DNA of 64,000 bases from Tubulanus polymorphus (taxonomy: Eukaryota; Animalia; Nemertea), in assembly GCF_964204645.1 (NCBI RefSeq), contig NC_134032.1, positions 8,916,275-8,980,274 of the forward strand. The letters run 5' to 3'. Positions 13,876-27,164 of this stretch are shown piece after piece. The notes under the pieces are model-generated. The model was not told the origin of the DNA, did no database searches, and was given only the letters and a program-made list of their open reading frames with translations. The position numbers were made by a program, and so were the translations under genes. Position 1 is the first letter of the stretch; the number at the start of each line of letters is the position of its first letter.

Positions 13876-14543
13876 AGCTGCAAAGCAGCCATAACGGGTT
13901 TTCTGACTTGTTAATTCAAATATCGTTCTTAGATTTGGTCGAAATCCATCTTAAATCAGAATAAAGACGATGTTTTTTCACTGTTACGTGGGTGGGTTTA
14001 AATGACGTATCCAGATCGACATTGCAGGTCGGTTACACGTTATTTCATTTTCTTGTCGGGTAGAGTTTGCAGGACCTATTTTAGTCGGTACCGGCATTTT
14101 CGTGGCGCCACTCAAATAATTCTAATCTTCGTTTTCAGAATTCTCTCACTTTGTTGAACGCGTTCAGTAGCCGTTAGTAAACGGAGCTGATTTCCCTGAT
14201 TTGGTTATTCTCGGAGCAATCCTCTTCTTGACCTGCACATAGACCATTCTCAAGGTCGTCGGGTAATATTAGGAATTTAAGGATTAGAAATTAATCCATT
14301 ATCTAGTAAGGTCTCTGCATATTCGTCGTGAGATTAATTCGACGAATGCATTTAAAAAAAAATCTTATCCCACGCTTCTAGAGTGCTATGAATATCACTA
14401 CATTGATTAGAGCGCCTATTGCTGATTAGTAGTCGAATCTGAGAGAAGATACATTTTATGAAATTTTTCTGGCTGGAAAGGGGAAAAGAAATAGTAATCA
14501 GCAGAATTACAAGAGGATTTTCGACGAGATTCAGAAAACCCTA
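13876..14543 (+). mobile_element. HINE-like element, diverged copy with the same termini
   Basis: Starts AGCTGCAAAGCAGCCATAACGGGTTTTCTG and ends GGATTTTCGACGAGATTCAGAAAACCCTA. Shares the internal block TCGGAGCAATCCTCTT with copy 1. Confidence 0.55.
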
Positions 14544-15477
14544 AAAATAGATTTAAAAGGGTACTGAAAGAGTGGCCGTTTCGCATGACATTCAATGTCG
14601 ATTCGCGTTGATTGAATAAAAGTCCGAGAAATGTTGGCATTTAGAACGCTCACGTTGGGCTGAACAAATTATTCTTTTTTTCGGTGTTGATTTCGATGAT
14701 TGATTACATTTCAAATCTGATTGCTTAAAAAAACGATTGCATAATTTCAATATCAACGCAGCGTGTATGCCAGACTAAGACTAGATTACTTCGATTTTGG
14801 CGCGGATCCAGATACGTAAATAAAGTGGATTCAAGCTGGGAAAGCGAAAGCAAATAATTCACACATTCGTAGAGAAACGACACGAATTCCAAAGTTGATG
14901 AAGTTCAGGTTCATCAAACTCAAAACACAGTAAATCTTGCGCGAGGCAAATTCATGGTCTTCTCAGTCTAAGAAGCTTACGCGATTAGCCTCCATTTCAA
15001 AATTCCTCCATTCATCCACTCAGACCAAACGATTGATTCTTTATTGCATCGTAGAACAAGAGACCATGAGGACTTTGTTTTTCCGCGAGATAGCGCACCT
15101 AATTGGTAAACGTTCGACAGCGAAATTTCGTTAATTTTCAATTAGGCCCCAATTGAAGATTTACATTTCTAGCCCCCTGAAGACAATCGTCGAGCCAATG
15201 ACCATTCTTGATAAACTCGGATCGATCGTTTGGTTCATCATACATGAATTTGAGATCTCGTTAAAACAAATCCAGGATCGACGATGTACTTACAGACTTG
15301 ACCGCACTTGATGTCACTTGCCACGTCACTTGCCACGACGGATCCTTTATTACCGCGATGATTGATATCTTACTGCACACAGGCAACAGTTTTGGGATCG
15401 TCAATTGCTTCAAGTGGAATAACGTAAGCCCATAATGATGAATCCTCACTTTTTCTTATAGCCAGGCATAACAAGAA

Positions 15478-15815
15478 AGCTAACTTGGGAGTTTATTGAC
15501 GCCTTGAAAAACTGAACGCATAAATGGCGTAATGTTGAGAATGAAAAATATGATGTAAATCATTTAATATCAAGGATCAATAAAGTTGATTTGGATTTGA
15601 ATATATCGATAATTGAATTGAATTGACCGCCAACCAGTCCACCCCCGATACATTGATGACGTAGTTCACAGCCTCCCAAATGATTATCAAAATTTATTAA
15701 AAATACTAAGAGTAATGGAATGCATTTACTCAATTGATAACTGCCACAATTCACGATGTTATTATTATTCTTAAATGCCAATATTGATGACGTAGTGCAC
15801 ATTGACTCACACTCA
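15478..15815. repeat. Dispersed repeat; diverged inverted copy at about 22955-23310
   Basis: Shared blocks in reverse complement, for example TTGATGACGTAGTGCACATTGACTCACAC, TTGAATTGAATTGACC and GTTTATTGACGCCTTGAAAAAC. Confidence 0.75.
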
Positions 15816-17574
15816 TTATACAACGCACAATTTCAATGCATTACTTGGAGTAAACATTTTAACTTTTTTAATGGCGTCAAAAAATCTACTTCTTGCTATC
15901 GGTGCAGATAAAACTACATAAATTACTATACGGTGTCTAATCTAGGTTGAATTACGCGCACATTACCCGTATAATGTGTGACGTAGATGATAATAATAAT
16001 ACACGATGTCGTCATACGATCAAAACCCGCTTTCCACAATCGAGTGACATAAAAACAAAATTAAGCAAAAACTTAATTCGAAATTTGAGAAGTACGCAAC
16101 GTTTTGAATTCTCGCGAGGGACCGGATCGCTGGACGAAATCGTTTTTTATAGTTAATATGTAGAAAATGGGTTTCAATGTACTTCCTTCAGCACGTCAGT
16201 TTGCGACTAAATCTGCATGTCTATTGGGTTAGATTCCTATATTCTATATGATACCTGCAATAGAAATGAGATTGCCTTCGATGTGCGCCGAACTTTCTTG
16301 GCAGAAGGATTGCGTCGCCACGATGAAATGCATTGATGAGATTATTATAAATGAAATTGCCACCGAGTGCGGATTAACCCTCAACTTCAGCAGCATCCGA
16401 TCGCAAAGTCCTGATTTCAGGTCAAAATGAAAATAGTCAGATTGCTCGTTATCTTTTTCTTATTCTTAAAATCGGGAATGACGCTGTTATCTATTTGATG
16501 GGGATAGATTTCATTGGATTTTTTTACTATTTCGTGTCCGAAGTTTTTTCACCATTTGGGATCGAAGCAGGGGGCGATTGCTCATTATAACTACGATAAG
16601 GAAATGTTCAGTAACCGGGCGCCATTTGAGGCGGTGTCCCGCGGGTCCAGTAATATTTTTGGACAGATTTTAACGTTGTGTTGTAAAAGTAAAACCTTTA
16701 GCGCGATTTATTGTCGTACATTTCCTTATTGACACAAAATCTAAGTTGTATATCGTTAGAAAAGTGACGATTTATATTTTCCGTTGACAATGATGTTTAA
16801 TACATACACGTAATATTGCCTTTATAATCCATTTTAGTAGCACGTTATCAGCCATATGGTTCGACTTAGTTACCGCTAAACGGTTTTGACTTTTCAATTG
16901 AAAGGGAGACAGTAAATGTGGATATGAATATGCGAGGAAAAAATGAATTATGCAGTGTTGTGTGTCTGGATCACGTCGGCACGTAACAGATGCGAGGCGA
17001 ATGGAGTACATACTAATCAACCTGATTTGAACAGACATGTGAATAGATTGTTAGCAGACCCCACTCTCTTCAAAGTGCGAATTTAGAGTGATCAACTGGA
17101 CATTTTTGTTTTCAGGAGGAGCCCTGCGGCCTGTTTTTTGTTTGTAAGATTACGTTTTCGTAACTTGGCCCAAAGGCTGCTACAACAGTGGCAAATTATT
17201 ACTAGCCATTGATATATAGAATGCATCTTAACAATAATTTATAGGCAGTACTGTTCCGTAAGACGAGTGCTCAGGACACATGACCTGATCAATCAAAGTC
17301 CTGTGTGCTGGTCATATGGTCAGTACTGATATTAATGATAATATGTCTAGCCTTCTGGCTATTGTTTTAACTTTTCTGATGACGTGGTCCTCATGGGTAT
17401 AAAACCCAGAGATTCACGTCGCTCTCTCTCTCTCTTTCTATAATAATATTAATAATTTATTTTCGTAAATCGGTTACGAGGTATCCAGTGCAAGCCAACA
17501 GGCTGTACATAAAATTAAGGCGCTGGAACCTTGTGCAGAGTGCAGGGGAATGTGCAGTGATACTTATAAATAAT

Positions 17575-17617
17575 GCTATAAATAATCCTAATGCTAACAA
17601 TAATAATTATGCTAATC

Positions 17618-17672
<55 letters not shown>

Positions 17673-17704
17673 CTAACAATAATAGTACATGTAATGCTAA
17701 TCAA

Positions 17705-17739
<35 letters not shown>

Positions 17740-17869
17740 CAAATTCTGATAATGATGACAACAATAACTTATACAAATACAAATACAATGATAATCATAA
17801 TTACGGCAATATACTATAACCATTAATATTTCAGCAATTTAGGTAAAGATACTCATAATGATAATAATA

Positions 17870-17920
<51 letters not shown>

Positions 17921-17942
17921 GTAATAATAATAATAATGATTG

Positions 17943-17980
<38 letters not shown>

Positions 17981-17990
17981 TTGATTACAA
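17575..17990. repeat. Compound (AAT)n microsatellite
   Basis: Directly visible. Confidence 0.95.
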
Positions 17991-19274
17991 ATATGGAGAA
18001 AGCAAATGCCACAGATAATAATGATTACAAAGATAGATAGTCTAGTATAGCAGTCTAGTCAAGTTTAGTTAAGACTAAACACATACCAAGTTTTTCCTCA
18101 ACGGGAGATGAATAATTACGCGTATTTCAGTAATATTTGTTTTTTAAATTGGAATGATAGTGAATTTATGCTGGTGGATGAACGGATTCTGCTTCGGCAA
18201 GCCGTGGTCACTTACTCAGCTCTCGCCTTGAGTACTGCAATAAAGCCGCATTTTCTTACTAATAATCGTAGTCTTTACTTCTTCTGAGCTAGGAATCCGT
18301 ATCGTGATTCTGAAAATATTTTTTTTTCAGATTTACTTGGGCAGGACCCCGACACTTTCGGTAAAGGGTTCTTGTGCCCGTACGTCCTTACCTCAGAGTG
18401 AAGAACAGACACATCAGTTCTCGGTGAACACCATTCCGGAGAGGAAATGAGTTCTTGCTAGAGCCGCTCATGGCCGAGTATAGAATGGACGACTTAAACA
18501 TGAACATCAACGTATAAACCTCGTTTACGTCCTCGAAGAGACACATCGGTTTTCGCGCGTGAACCTACCTCGCGGTAGCGGAAAAGCAGCGACATGTTAG
18601 GCCTAAGACGTGATTTACCGGAACGGACAGCTTGAAATAATCAAACAGTTTTCTCCAAGAACAGATACGTCGGAGGTAGAAACGACCAGAACAGACAACT
18701 CAATTCAATCGTTATACAGTTTCAGTTTCAGTTCAGTTGAAGGAACTTTCTCTCCAATACCCTCACATGTTAGATGTTACTGAACGCGAATAATCTATAA
18801 TCACAGTCCTCTGTACCAATGGCTAAATGTTTATCTAAATATATATGTATATAAAAAGTTTAAAACGCACTATATCAAAATATAAAAGATTGAAAACGAA
18901 TTTAATTATTATTATCATTCCCACTGACGATGATCTCTAGTGAGAGTCCGAAACCTCGTGTATTTTGATTCTAATTCTTGTTAAATAAAATTCGATTTTC
19001 ATCGTTGAAATTCTTCATATAGAGTGGTATTCTAAACTTATCATCTGTTCTCCACGTTTGAGAATGGCTATTCTAGCTTTATATAAATATATTGAGGAAG
19101 GCTTCATTCTGTTTGGATTTATGAATTTAAATCACTACTGTACTGAACAGCTGTTTTACCATTACAATACTGTGTATGCGCCGTACATATTCAATTGTTG
19201 TTTTTTTTTCTATGTATGATAGTATTTTGAAAACCTTTTATTCGATCTCTTTTTGTCTTTATTGTATGTCATCT

Positions 19275-19440
19275 AACTGTATTGCACTTCTTTGCAACAG
19301 TGCTATAGGGGATGAATTTCATTATACATCATTTTGTACAACCCTTGATCTTTTAAGGACCAAGTATATTGACAGTAAACATTCTTCTCACTCGTGCAGA
19401 CAAGAAATATGAGAGCACTTATGCATTTTTATAAGTAAAA
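19275..19440 (+). mobile_element. 3' fragment of a non-LTR retrotransposon ORF2 (CCHC knuckle region)
   Basis: Translates CIALLCNSAIGDEFHYTSFCTTLDLLRTKYI, matching the C..C...GDEFH...C...R..Y tail seen in many invertebrate LINE ORF2 proteins. Confidence 0.55.
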
Positions 19441-20279
19441 TTGCTTAAATATTCTTGGCACTAACATTGACGTTAAAGGGCAGTTTCCATGCATAAGATG
19501 AAACCAGAAAGCTCCATTTTATAACAAATAACCCCCGCTCTCTAAATCCTGTTAAGAACGTTCTTCCTTCGGAATGCATCGCCTTGTCTCGGCCAGACAC
19601 ACGAGGAGGACGCGTCGGCTGGAAGCCGTGCGGCTGTTTTAATTCCGCTCGTAAAATCCCTCGCTGCCAATCGTATTCGCGCAATACTCGACGCAGCAGC
19701 GAATTAGTCGCGGCGCGGCGTGATGCAGCACGCAGACCTCGGAGTAGTCTGATTACTCCTACACCGACTGATTACTCCTACACAGACCCGCCCGTTCATG
19801 TACTCGTATCAACGAGCGGACACTCGAAACTCCATCGTCCGAGAGCTTAATCGTAAACTAGATATCAATCAGCGGAACTGATAAGTTATCAGAACCCGGA
19901 CGCGGCGAAACGATTCGAAGGAGAACCTCAACGAGATTGGATTTCACGCGTGGCACCTCAAACGACGGTTCGTTACGTAAAATTTAATCAGTATATAACC
20001 TAACGCAACGTCGTCGGCATTAATTCGAAATCTGATATACTTTCGGCATCAAAAGCTCAACGCCGCAGTTAAACATGTCTTGCGAGTAGATTGGTTAATT
20101 TCCGTTGATGAAAAAAGCTCAACACGCGACAAAATGGATATTTCACATTCTCGGATTAGAGAAACCCTTCAGCGATGAGTGATTCGTTTGCGTTACGCGA
20201 TGTGAATTTTACGAAGTAATTTAGATGATTAATTGATTAATTAGCGCGTTAATTGAATGATTTAAGCGACTAAATCGAA

Positions 20280-23200
20280 ATGCGACTTAATTCAACGATA
20301 AGTATGGAAGGTGATGTACGGATTTCGGGTGCTAACTCGTCCCCGCTGCAGGTGACCGGGCTGCCCGGTGAAACAATTATACCGGCTTTGGATTACGTGC
20401 TGGCATGTATCCTGGGAACGGTTGGTTTATCGACATTCCTTATTAATTCGTTCATCGTAGTTGTATTTGCAAGGTGAGTGATTTAACCACCCCTAGATAT
20501 AATGGGCTTTGTGACTCCGCATCCAGTTCCACAGTTTCGTGGGTATTATTTGACGCTAGAACTGTTCCACTTTTGTCGTTGTGCGGGTTTTGTCGCTAGA
20601 ATTGCTCCACCTTTGAGTGGGTTAATTTTACTGTGGATCCGACCCCAATGCTGTGTAGTTCCTCGTATTTCCCTCGAATCAGCCCTACGCTGCGGGTTAA
20701 TTTGTCTGTGAATCCACAGTTCGAAAAACGTTGTATGGCTTCGATTTTAGTTTTGACTCCAGTTCCACAGTCTCACCCTGGAACCAGTCCTACACGGCTT
20801 GTGTTTTATGTGAGTGTCTGGAACTAGTTCACATTTGTGTGGTTTAATTTGACTGTAGGCTTACTTCCACAGTTGCGTGGGTTTTATTTTTAGGGTTTTC
20901 TGACTTTCGTCGAAAACCCTCTTGAAATTCTGTTGATTATTATTATTATTATATATTTTCCGCCGATTTCGTCAAATAAAATTCATCTTCATTCAGATTC
21001 GGCAACTGACAGCTTCGAACCAAAATGTATAAATTGATACTGTAATAACGGTCTCTCTGAACCAACAGATTGTCTGAATGTACTTTCCATCCTATTTGAA
21101 ACTTAAAATTACTTATTAGGTTACTGTAAATAAAGAATTGAATTGAATTGTTAGACAACAAGCACCGGCGAAATAACAGTTTGTGACGTCATTTAGTAAG
21201 TAAATAAAGGAGGGCTCCGAGAATTTCCAAATCACGGGGGACTATACTGGGGTTAGACCATTCAACCAAAAAGAGGATTGCTCCGATAATATCCAAATCA
21301 TCTCATTTTATTTTTTCCATCGAATACCCGGTAATTAATTTTCACATTTCACATGCATCCAGAAAACCCGTTATCGCTGCTTTGCAGCTACATTTTTTTT
21401 TGTTCAGGTTCCACAATTACGCAGGTTTCACCCATCAGGGGTCCAGTTTCACAGTTGCTGAACTGTCATTTTGTCTTTTGGTTCCAGTTCCTAGGTTATC
21501 GGGTTAACCTTCGATACGCAGGCTCCAAGCAGGATACTATAATCCCGCGGTTCCTTATTTCGCAATATTAGGGGGTGAGAAACCAGTGAAGAAACTTGTA
21601 CCGAGAAACTCCGTTACTACCCAGGAATCGAACCCATGAACCATGGATTAATGAGATCAGGGACCCAAGTTAAATTTGAATCTTCTTCCAGTTCACAGTT
21701 CTGTGGTTTTCCTTCGTCCCTGGCTTCAGTTCCAATCAATTGAACGGTTCACGCAGCTGTAATTTCTATTGAAAGTTTTTGTCAGCTAAGAATAGCAGCG
21801 TCAACATAAATCATGGAGATTTTTCCGTATAGATTTTTATTGAAAACGCATTATAGATTTATTAATTTTCCAACAAAAACCAAAAGCTACAAGCTGTATT
21901 TCATTGTTCCTAAGAACCCTGCGCTTAAAGACCTAACGAGAACAGTAATTCTTTCCAGGTATTTTTTTACATAGTAGTATCTCCTGCGAATCCTTCATGT
22001 CTGGCCAAAGCGATAATCTGTTCGGGTTCCTGATTGAATTAAGATCGTCTTCAAGGAGATTGTTAATGGCAATGGTAACGGCAATGCTACTGATGTCATT
22101 ATGGGTATAGTGTAGGTACCGGTACATGTTTGTATCGATGCGAGTGTGCATGAACGCTACATGTTTAGGCCATCTTGTAGATATTATTTGCTCTCGATCG
22201 GACAATAAACTTTTGAATTGCTGCAGGCACAGATTTTTTAGGTACGCTTTATTCAGTAAGCTAGCCTGCCTTACGTATTCGCTAAATCTTAATTCAAAAA
22301 TCGAGTGATATTTCCTCTTAATTAAATCTATTATCAATGCAAAATTATACCACGAACACTTAGCGAAGAAAAGTGAATATATTTCAGGCTCGTATATGAT
22401 GTTGGATCATTGATAAGTGAAAAATTGAATATAAAGTTTTCTTACGTAAAACCGACTATATACGATACGGAGAGTACTTCCATAGCTAAACTAGTTTATG
22501 TAAAGTACGAGCGAACTGTAATTAGTCGAGCGCCCATCTGGGCGGCCTTCGGTTACCGGTATCGGAGTTAGTCGACTATTTTCGAACTGAAAACAATTCG
22601 CGCAATCAAATCTCAGTTAGTCGGCGCCTAAAGTCCGCAAATATTGAACCACGGATTGGGCGCGGTCGGTGTAGTTCGGAACTAGTTCCAAGATTGGCGA
22701 CAACGTGAAATGCGTAAAGATCTAGTGCGATCGCTCATTAGTTCCGACTACTAGTCGACAGACCACGAAAACCGATGGTTGCAAAGCAGTTGTTTCCGAT
22801 TGGAGAAAGCTAAGATCTAGAAATGTTGTGCCACCACCACGCCACCAACATCAATTCCATTTTTGGAACAGTATTTGACGCCTTAAAAACAATGATTCCA
22901 ATAATGTTTGTATACATTGATACCTAGTATGCGTAATAAGCCTATGAGGGGTTATGTGTGAGTCAATGTGCACTACGTCATCAATATGGTGTTTCAAAAT
23001 AACAATTACAATTGTGACTTTTGGCATCGATTTTTTAACTGAATGTATTTCATAACTCTTATTTTATTTTCAATAAATTTTGATAATTATTTTTGAGACG
23101 ATGTCTGCTACGTCGTCAATATATCGGGGTTCGACTGGTTGCCGGTCAATTCAATTCAATCATTGATTTATTCAAATCTAAAAAACGTTTATTGATCCTT

Positions 23201-26200
23201 GATATTACATGCGAATATAGTTAATATCATCTCTAAAACACTGTCGGCAGTTTTAAGCAGTTTGTGTGTTGTTTTTCAAGGCGTCAATAAACTTTCAAGT
23301 TAGTTTTCTTGATTTAATTTCAGATATCGTTCGGTGAGGAATCATGGTAACATTCTTATAATCAACCTGGTCGTCTGTGATATGTTGATGGTGTCTCTTG
23401 GAATACCATCCGTTGTGATATCGCTATTCATTGGGCGGGACCCTCTCGGTGATATAGGTACGTCTCTTCCCTAAAATAGAATACCCGGTGAAATACCCTA
23501 TAGTTAGTAAAAATTGGTAAACATCCCCTAGTAATGATCCCCTAGGCAAGAAGTATTGATTTGCAACTGTTCAAAGTAGACGACAATGAATTCAAAAGCC
23601 GGGTAATTGTTAGGATCAAGCGCAAATAGATACTTCAATCCTAAAGGTCAATCGTTCATATTAGAATGTTGAAATAAATTGCAGCTCGATTTCAAAAACA
23701 ATTACGAATTCAAGGTTCATTAATTCTAGGCTTAATTCAACTTCTTTAGAAACTCATTAGAAATGATTGAATCGATAAAATTTCGAAGATATCTTTTTGA
23801 TGAATGTGCTTAGAATGTGATTATTGATAGCGATTTGCACAATTATTCTCCACACGTGGAATTCCTGACTTTCTTCCGGTCGTTAGCGGGTTAGAATTTC
23901 AAAACAGAACGCGTGATTATCTGAAAACGTTTTTAGTCATATTTTCTGGAAGTGAGTATATTAGGCAGTAAATTGATATTGCCATAGGTAGATCAACTGA
24001 GGCAGCCATCTTTTCTGAAAGGGCTTTGGGGTAAATCAATCATGTTATGTGATTTATTTGAGTTGCGATAATTTCTAGCGGTTATCCTCGACGGAAGAAT
24101 CTATATTGGTACGTTGATGATGCCAAAGTGGTATTTTGTAGGTGACACTGCAGAATGCTACATCATTGGATTCAAATAACATACGGTCATGTGTCAGGAG
24201 CGTGGAAAATGTTGATGTTTGAAGTCAAGGCAACTTATGTTTGGCTTCATACTTGAAAACTGTCACGATTTTGCCATGAGTATTGGGTCATGTTTCAACA
24301 AAGTCATAGCAAGTCGTGACGTGTAGGTTGAATATCGTAAACAATGACAATTTCAGGAAAGAGGTCCAAATTTAGAATTTGAGAAGTTGCTGTTAAGATT
24401 GGTACAATCTCAGTCTGTTCGTGACTCTAAACTAATGCGGGAATCAATCCGTTTCTACTTTCACCGTACAAAGTCCGGGTGATCAATTTTGAAAGTGCGC
24501 CGATAAAATGTGGTGTGGCAGTATATCGTCGATTGAAAATGTCTTGAACACGTCATGACTGTGGACAATAACTTTTTGAAAGTGAGCCGATTAAACGATA
24601 AAATGTACAATGTCTGAGCTGACGTTTGCTGTTCATTTTCATAAGATAATGTCTCAGGTGAAGCCCAGAACGCGTGCGACGGGTGAACGTTCGATTTTTG
24701 TATAAGTGTGCCGATAGAAACGTCCACGTCTGGTATTTGTAATTCATTTTCAATTAGAAATGTCTCGGGTGAAGTCCCGAACGCATGTAAAATGTGGACG
24801 ATCACATTTTTTAAACGTGGGCCGATAAATTTTCTAATGTCTGCGGTGTTTGCAGCTCAATTTTCAATTTAATCATCACCGGGGGTGTGAACCTATAAAA
24901 CTGTGAACGAATAAAACCCACAGTTACTTCTGTAGAGACAGTTTATTGCCTGCTGAGCGTAGGTCGACCTTGGTGGGCGCAAGTCGGTTGCGACGCGATT
25001 TCCAGCGACTGTGTGCTACTAGTTGCTCCCAGTCGCAAGAGCGCGTAGGTCGGTTGCGACGGTCGCGTCTCGTCGCAGAAAGTAGAACATGTGCGACTCA
25101 TTGCGACTGGCGTCGCTGGCAGTCGCAAGGTAGCGTAGGTCGGTGAGTCGTCGCAGTGAATCGCGTCGCAGTGAGTCGCAAGCCGTCGCAAGGCCGACCT
25201 ATGCCCGGCTTTTACAGTTTAGAGTTTAAACTAAACCTCATTATCAGAGGAACAAAAAAAGACAATCATTATTATTGTATTTTTGTTCCTCTGGTGATGA
25301 GGTGTAGTTTGAATCTCGAAACTGTAAGGCAATAAACTGTTCAGAAGTAACTGTTGGTTTTATTCGTGAACTCTACACCGAGATCTGCATCAGTTCACTG
25401 CAGCTATGAGACTGTATATTGCGTCAAAATAAACAATATGCCGTTAAGCGTTAACCGTTGAGGCCAACGTTCAAAACCTATACGCAAAAAAGCATCATCA
25501 TTTTGTTCGATAAAGTTCATAAAGATCATCGTAGATGATGCGCACACAAGATTATCACTGTGACAGTTCGATCAGATGTATACATTCATCAGTGTCGTAT
25601 AGCATTAACTGTCTGTGATTATCACCGGGGATAGGCGAGTGGGTGTGAACTTATGAAACCGGATCCGGGTCTGTCAACATTTATCGCACGTGTCATTATC
25701 AGTGCCGTTGTCAATTAATTATATAAACGAACGACCTAGACGCAACCTTACATAACATCGTCGTTGCATCATCGTGTGACGCCCATTAGAATAACAACAC
25801 CCGTCGTCGTAAGCCGAGGATATTATTATCAATGGGCGTGTTTTAGTTCGATATTCGACTCATTAAATCGTTCAAATCGTCGGGAATTATACTAATAAAT
25901 TTTCAAAGACGAAAATTCCCGATTCAGTAGGTGTCGAGGGTTCGATAACAACGAAAGTTGAAAAAAATGAATCACATCTTCTCAATCAATTATCAATGAA
26001 CTTACCGCTGCGAGACGTGGGGCGGGTTAAGGGGATTTCGCCCAAAATCCGAAAAAGCTCGCTTTTGAATAATGAATTTGCAGAAATTGAACAAAATTCC
26101 AGGCTGTATTCTTATGTACTTCCGGAACTGAAAATGACTGACGAAAGGTTAAGAGTTTCGCCGTCTCGTTGATAACATAATTGACAACGTTTTTGTGTCT

Positions 26201-27164
26201 ATTTTCAGGTTGTAAACTGCACGGTTTTATCGTGGGCACCACCGGCTTTTTATCGATAAACATTTTCGTCGCCGTGGCCGTTGAGAGGTACTACGTCATA
26301 GTGTTACCGCTCAAAGCGTTCAAACAAGCTCTCAAGAAACAAATATGGCTTTGCGCAGCTTTTTGCTGGATTCTGGCAGTCGGGTTTATGATCGGGCCCC
26401 TGGTGGGCTGGTGTCAAATCGCACCGGAAATAGAAGGCTCCTGCTCAATGGACTACCGCACACGTACGCCATCTTGTTCGTCGTACATATTGACGATATT
26501 CACGTGCGGTTTTGTGATACCCGTCCTGGTCGCTTCGGTCAGCTATACGCGACTGGTGCAGCATATGGTGCACCACGAAAGCTTCATGACGGGCAGCAAG
26601 AGCTCGTCGATCACCCGTCACGACATCCGCTTCGCGAAGCTATCAATCGCTTTGATGGTGACTTTCATCGCCGCCTGGACTCCCTACGCTATTGTCGTTC
26701 TTATCGGTCAATTCGGTGACCAGACCCTATTGACTCGCTACGTGCGATTCCTGCCGAGTTTCTTCGCCAAAATAAACACGCTTCTCAATTCGGTGATTTA
26801 CATTACGATGCAGACGAAATTTCGCCGCTATATGAGACGCATGTTACCGTTCGCTAGCGGCACCAGTCGGTCGATTTCGGAAATATCCCGAAGCGACTCG
26901 GACAAACGCCGCGGCCCTAGTACGCTAATCGTGAACGGCGTGCGACCGGAAGTGTCGTTTAATCGGCTCGAGGCCGACAGAACCGTCTACGTATCGCTGA
27001 CCAGGCAGATGTCGAATCGCTCCGACTCGAGCGGCGGTAACAACCGCGGTAGAAAACTCGTAAGAAAAACTGCGGTCAGGGCTAAAAACAAACCAGACAT
27101 AGAAATAACGTTCGCACTCTATGAAAAAAAACCTAAACAAACAAAATGTGATGTCTTTCTTTAG
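20280..27164 (+). CDS. Opsin, rhabdomeric (Gq/melanopsin-like) type, divergent; exons 20280-20473, 23324-23457 and 26209-27164; 427 aa
   Basis: GT-AG junctions are phase-compatible (AG|A, G|GT) and total 1284 nt. Motifs: RNHGNILIINLVVCD (TM2), GCKLHGF, AVERY, GW...PE...SCSMDY, DIRFAKLSI, AWTPYAIVVLIGQFG, and PSFFAK with the retinal-binding Lys (K296 equivalent) followed by NSVIY...QTKFR. The TM6-TM7 segment resembles cephalopod rhodopsin (WSPYAVVALLAQFG...LPVMFAK). Confidence 0.9.
20505..21710. repeat. Degenerate ~38-40 bp minisatellite (CCAGTTCCACAG core) in opsin intron 1, split by a HINE insertion
   Basis: The core recurs at about 20523, 20760, 20826, 20864, 21405, 21444, 21483 and 21689. 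Confidence 0.5.
20890..21390 (-). mobile_element. HINE-like element, copy 2 (inverted relative to 12452-12952)
   Basis: Reverse-complement match along about 500 bp; the spurious ORF-track peptides differ at 5 of 70 residues. Inserted in a T-run, as expected for Helentrons. Confidence 0.7.
24485..24870. repeat. Degenerate ~115-bp tandem repeat (3-4 copies)
   Basis: Recurring AAGTG.GCCGATA and AATGTCTC.GGTGAAG.CC.GAACGC blocks. Confidence 0.55.
24950..25210. mobile_element. Harbinger-type MITE, copy 2, inserted into one arm of a ~90-bp-arm palindrome (24906-25368)
   Basis: Reverse complement of 2085-2470. Removing it restores an arm matching the reverse complement of 25279-25368, with the insertion point at GCC-TTA-CAG. 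Confidence 0.7.

Noticed and set aside
14760-15480. Possible decayed minus-strand gene or inverted opsin exon 2 copy
   Set aside because: Only a short GTGAGGA.TCAT similarity; frames are interrupted and no protein family is recognisable.
17250-18700. Possible LTR or DIRS remnant (TG start, TATA-like box, AATAAA) split by a microsatellite
   Set aside because: No second LTR, convincing PBS or gag/pol coding sequence was found.
21933-22337. 134-aa minus-strand ORF in opsin intron 1 (similarly 28211-28516)
   Set aside because: No recognisable motif or supporting splice structure.
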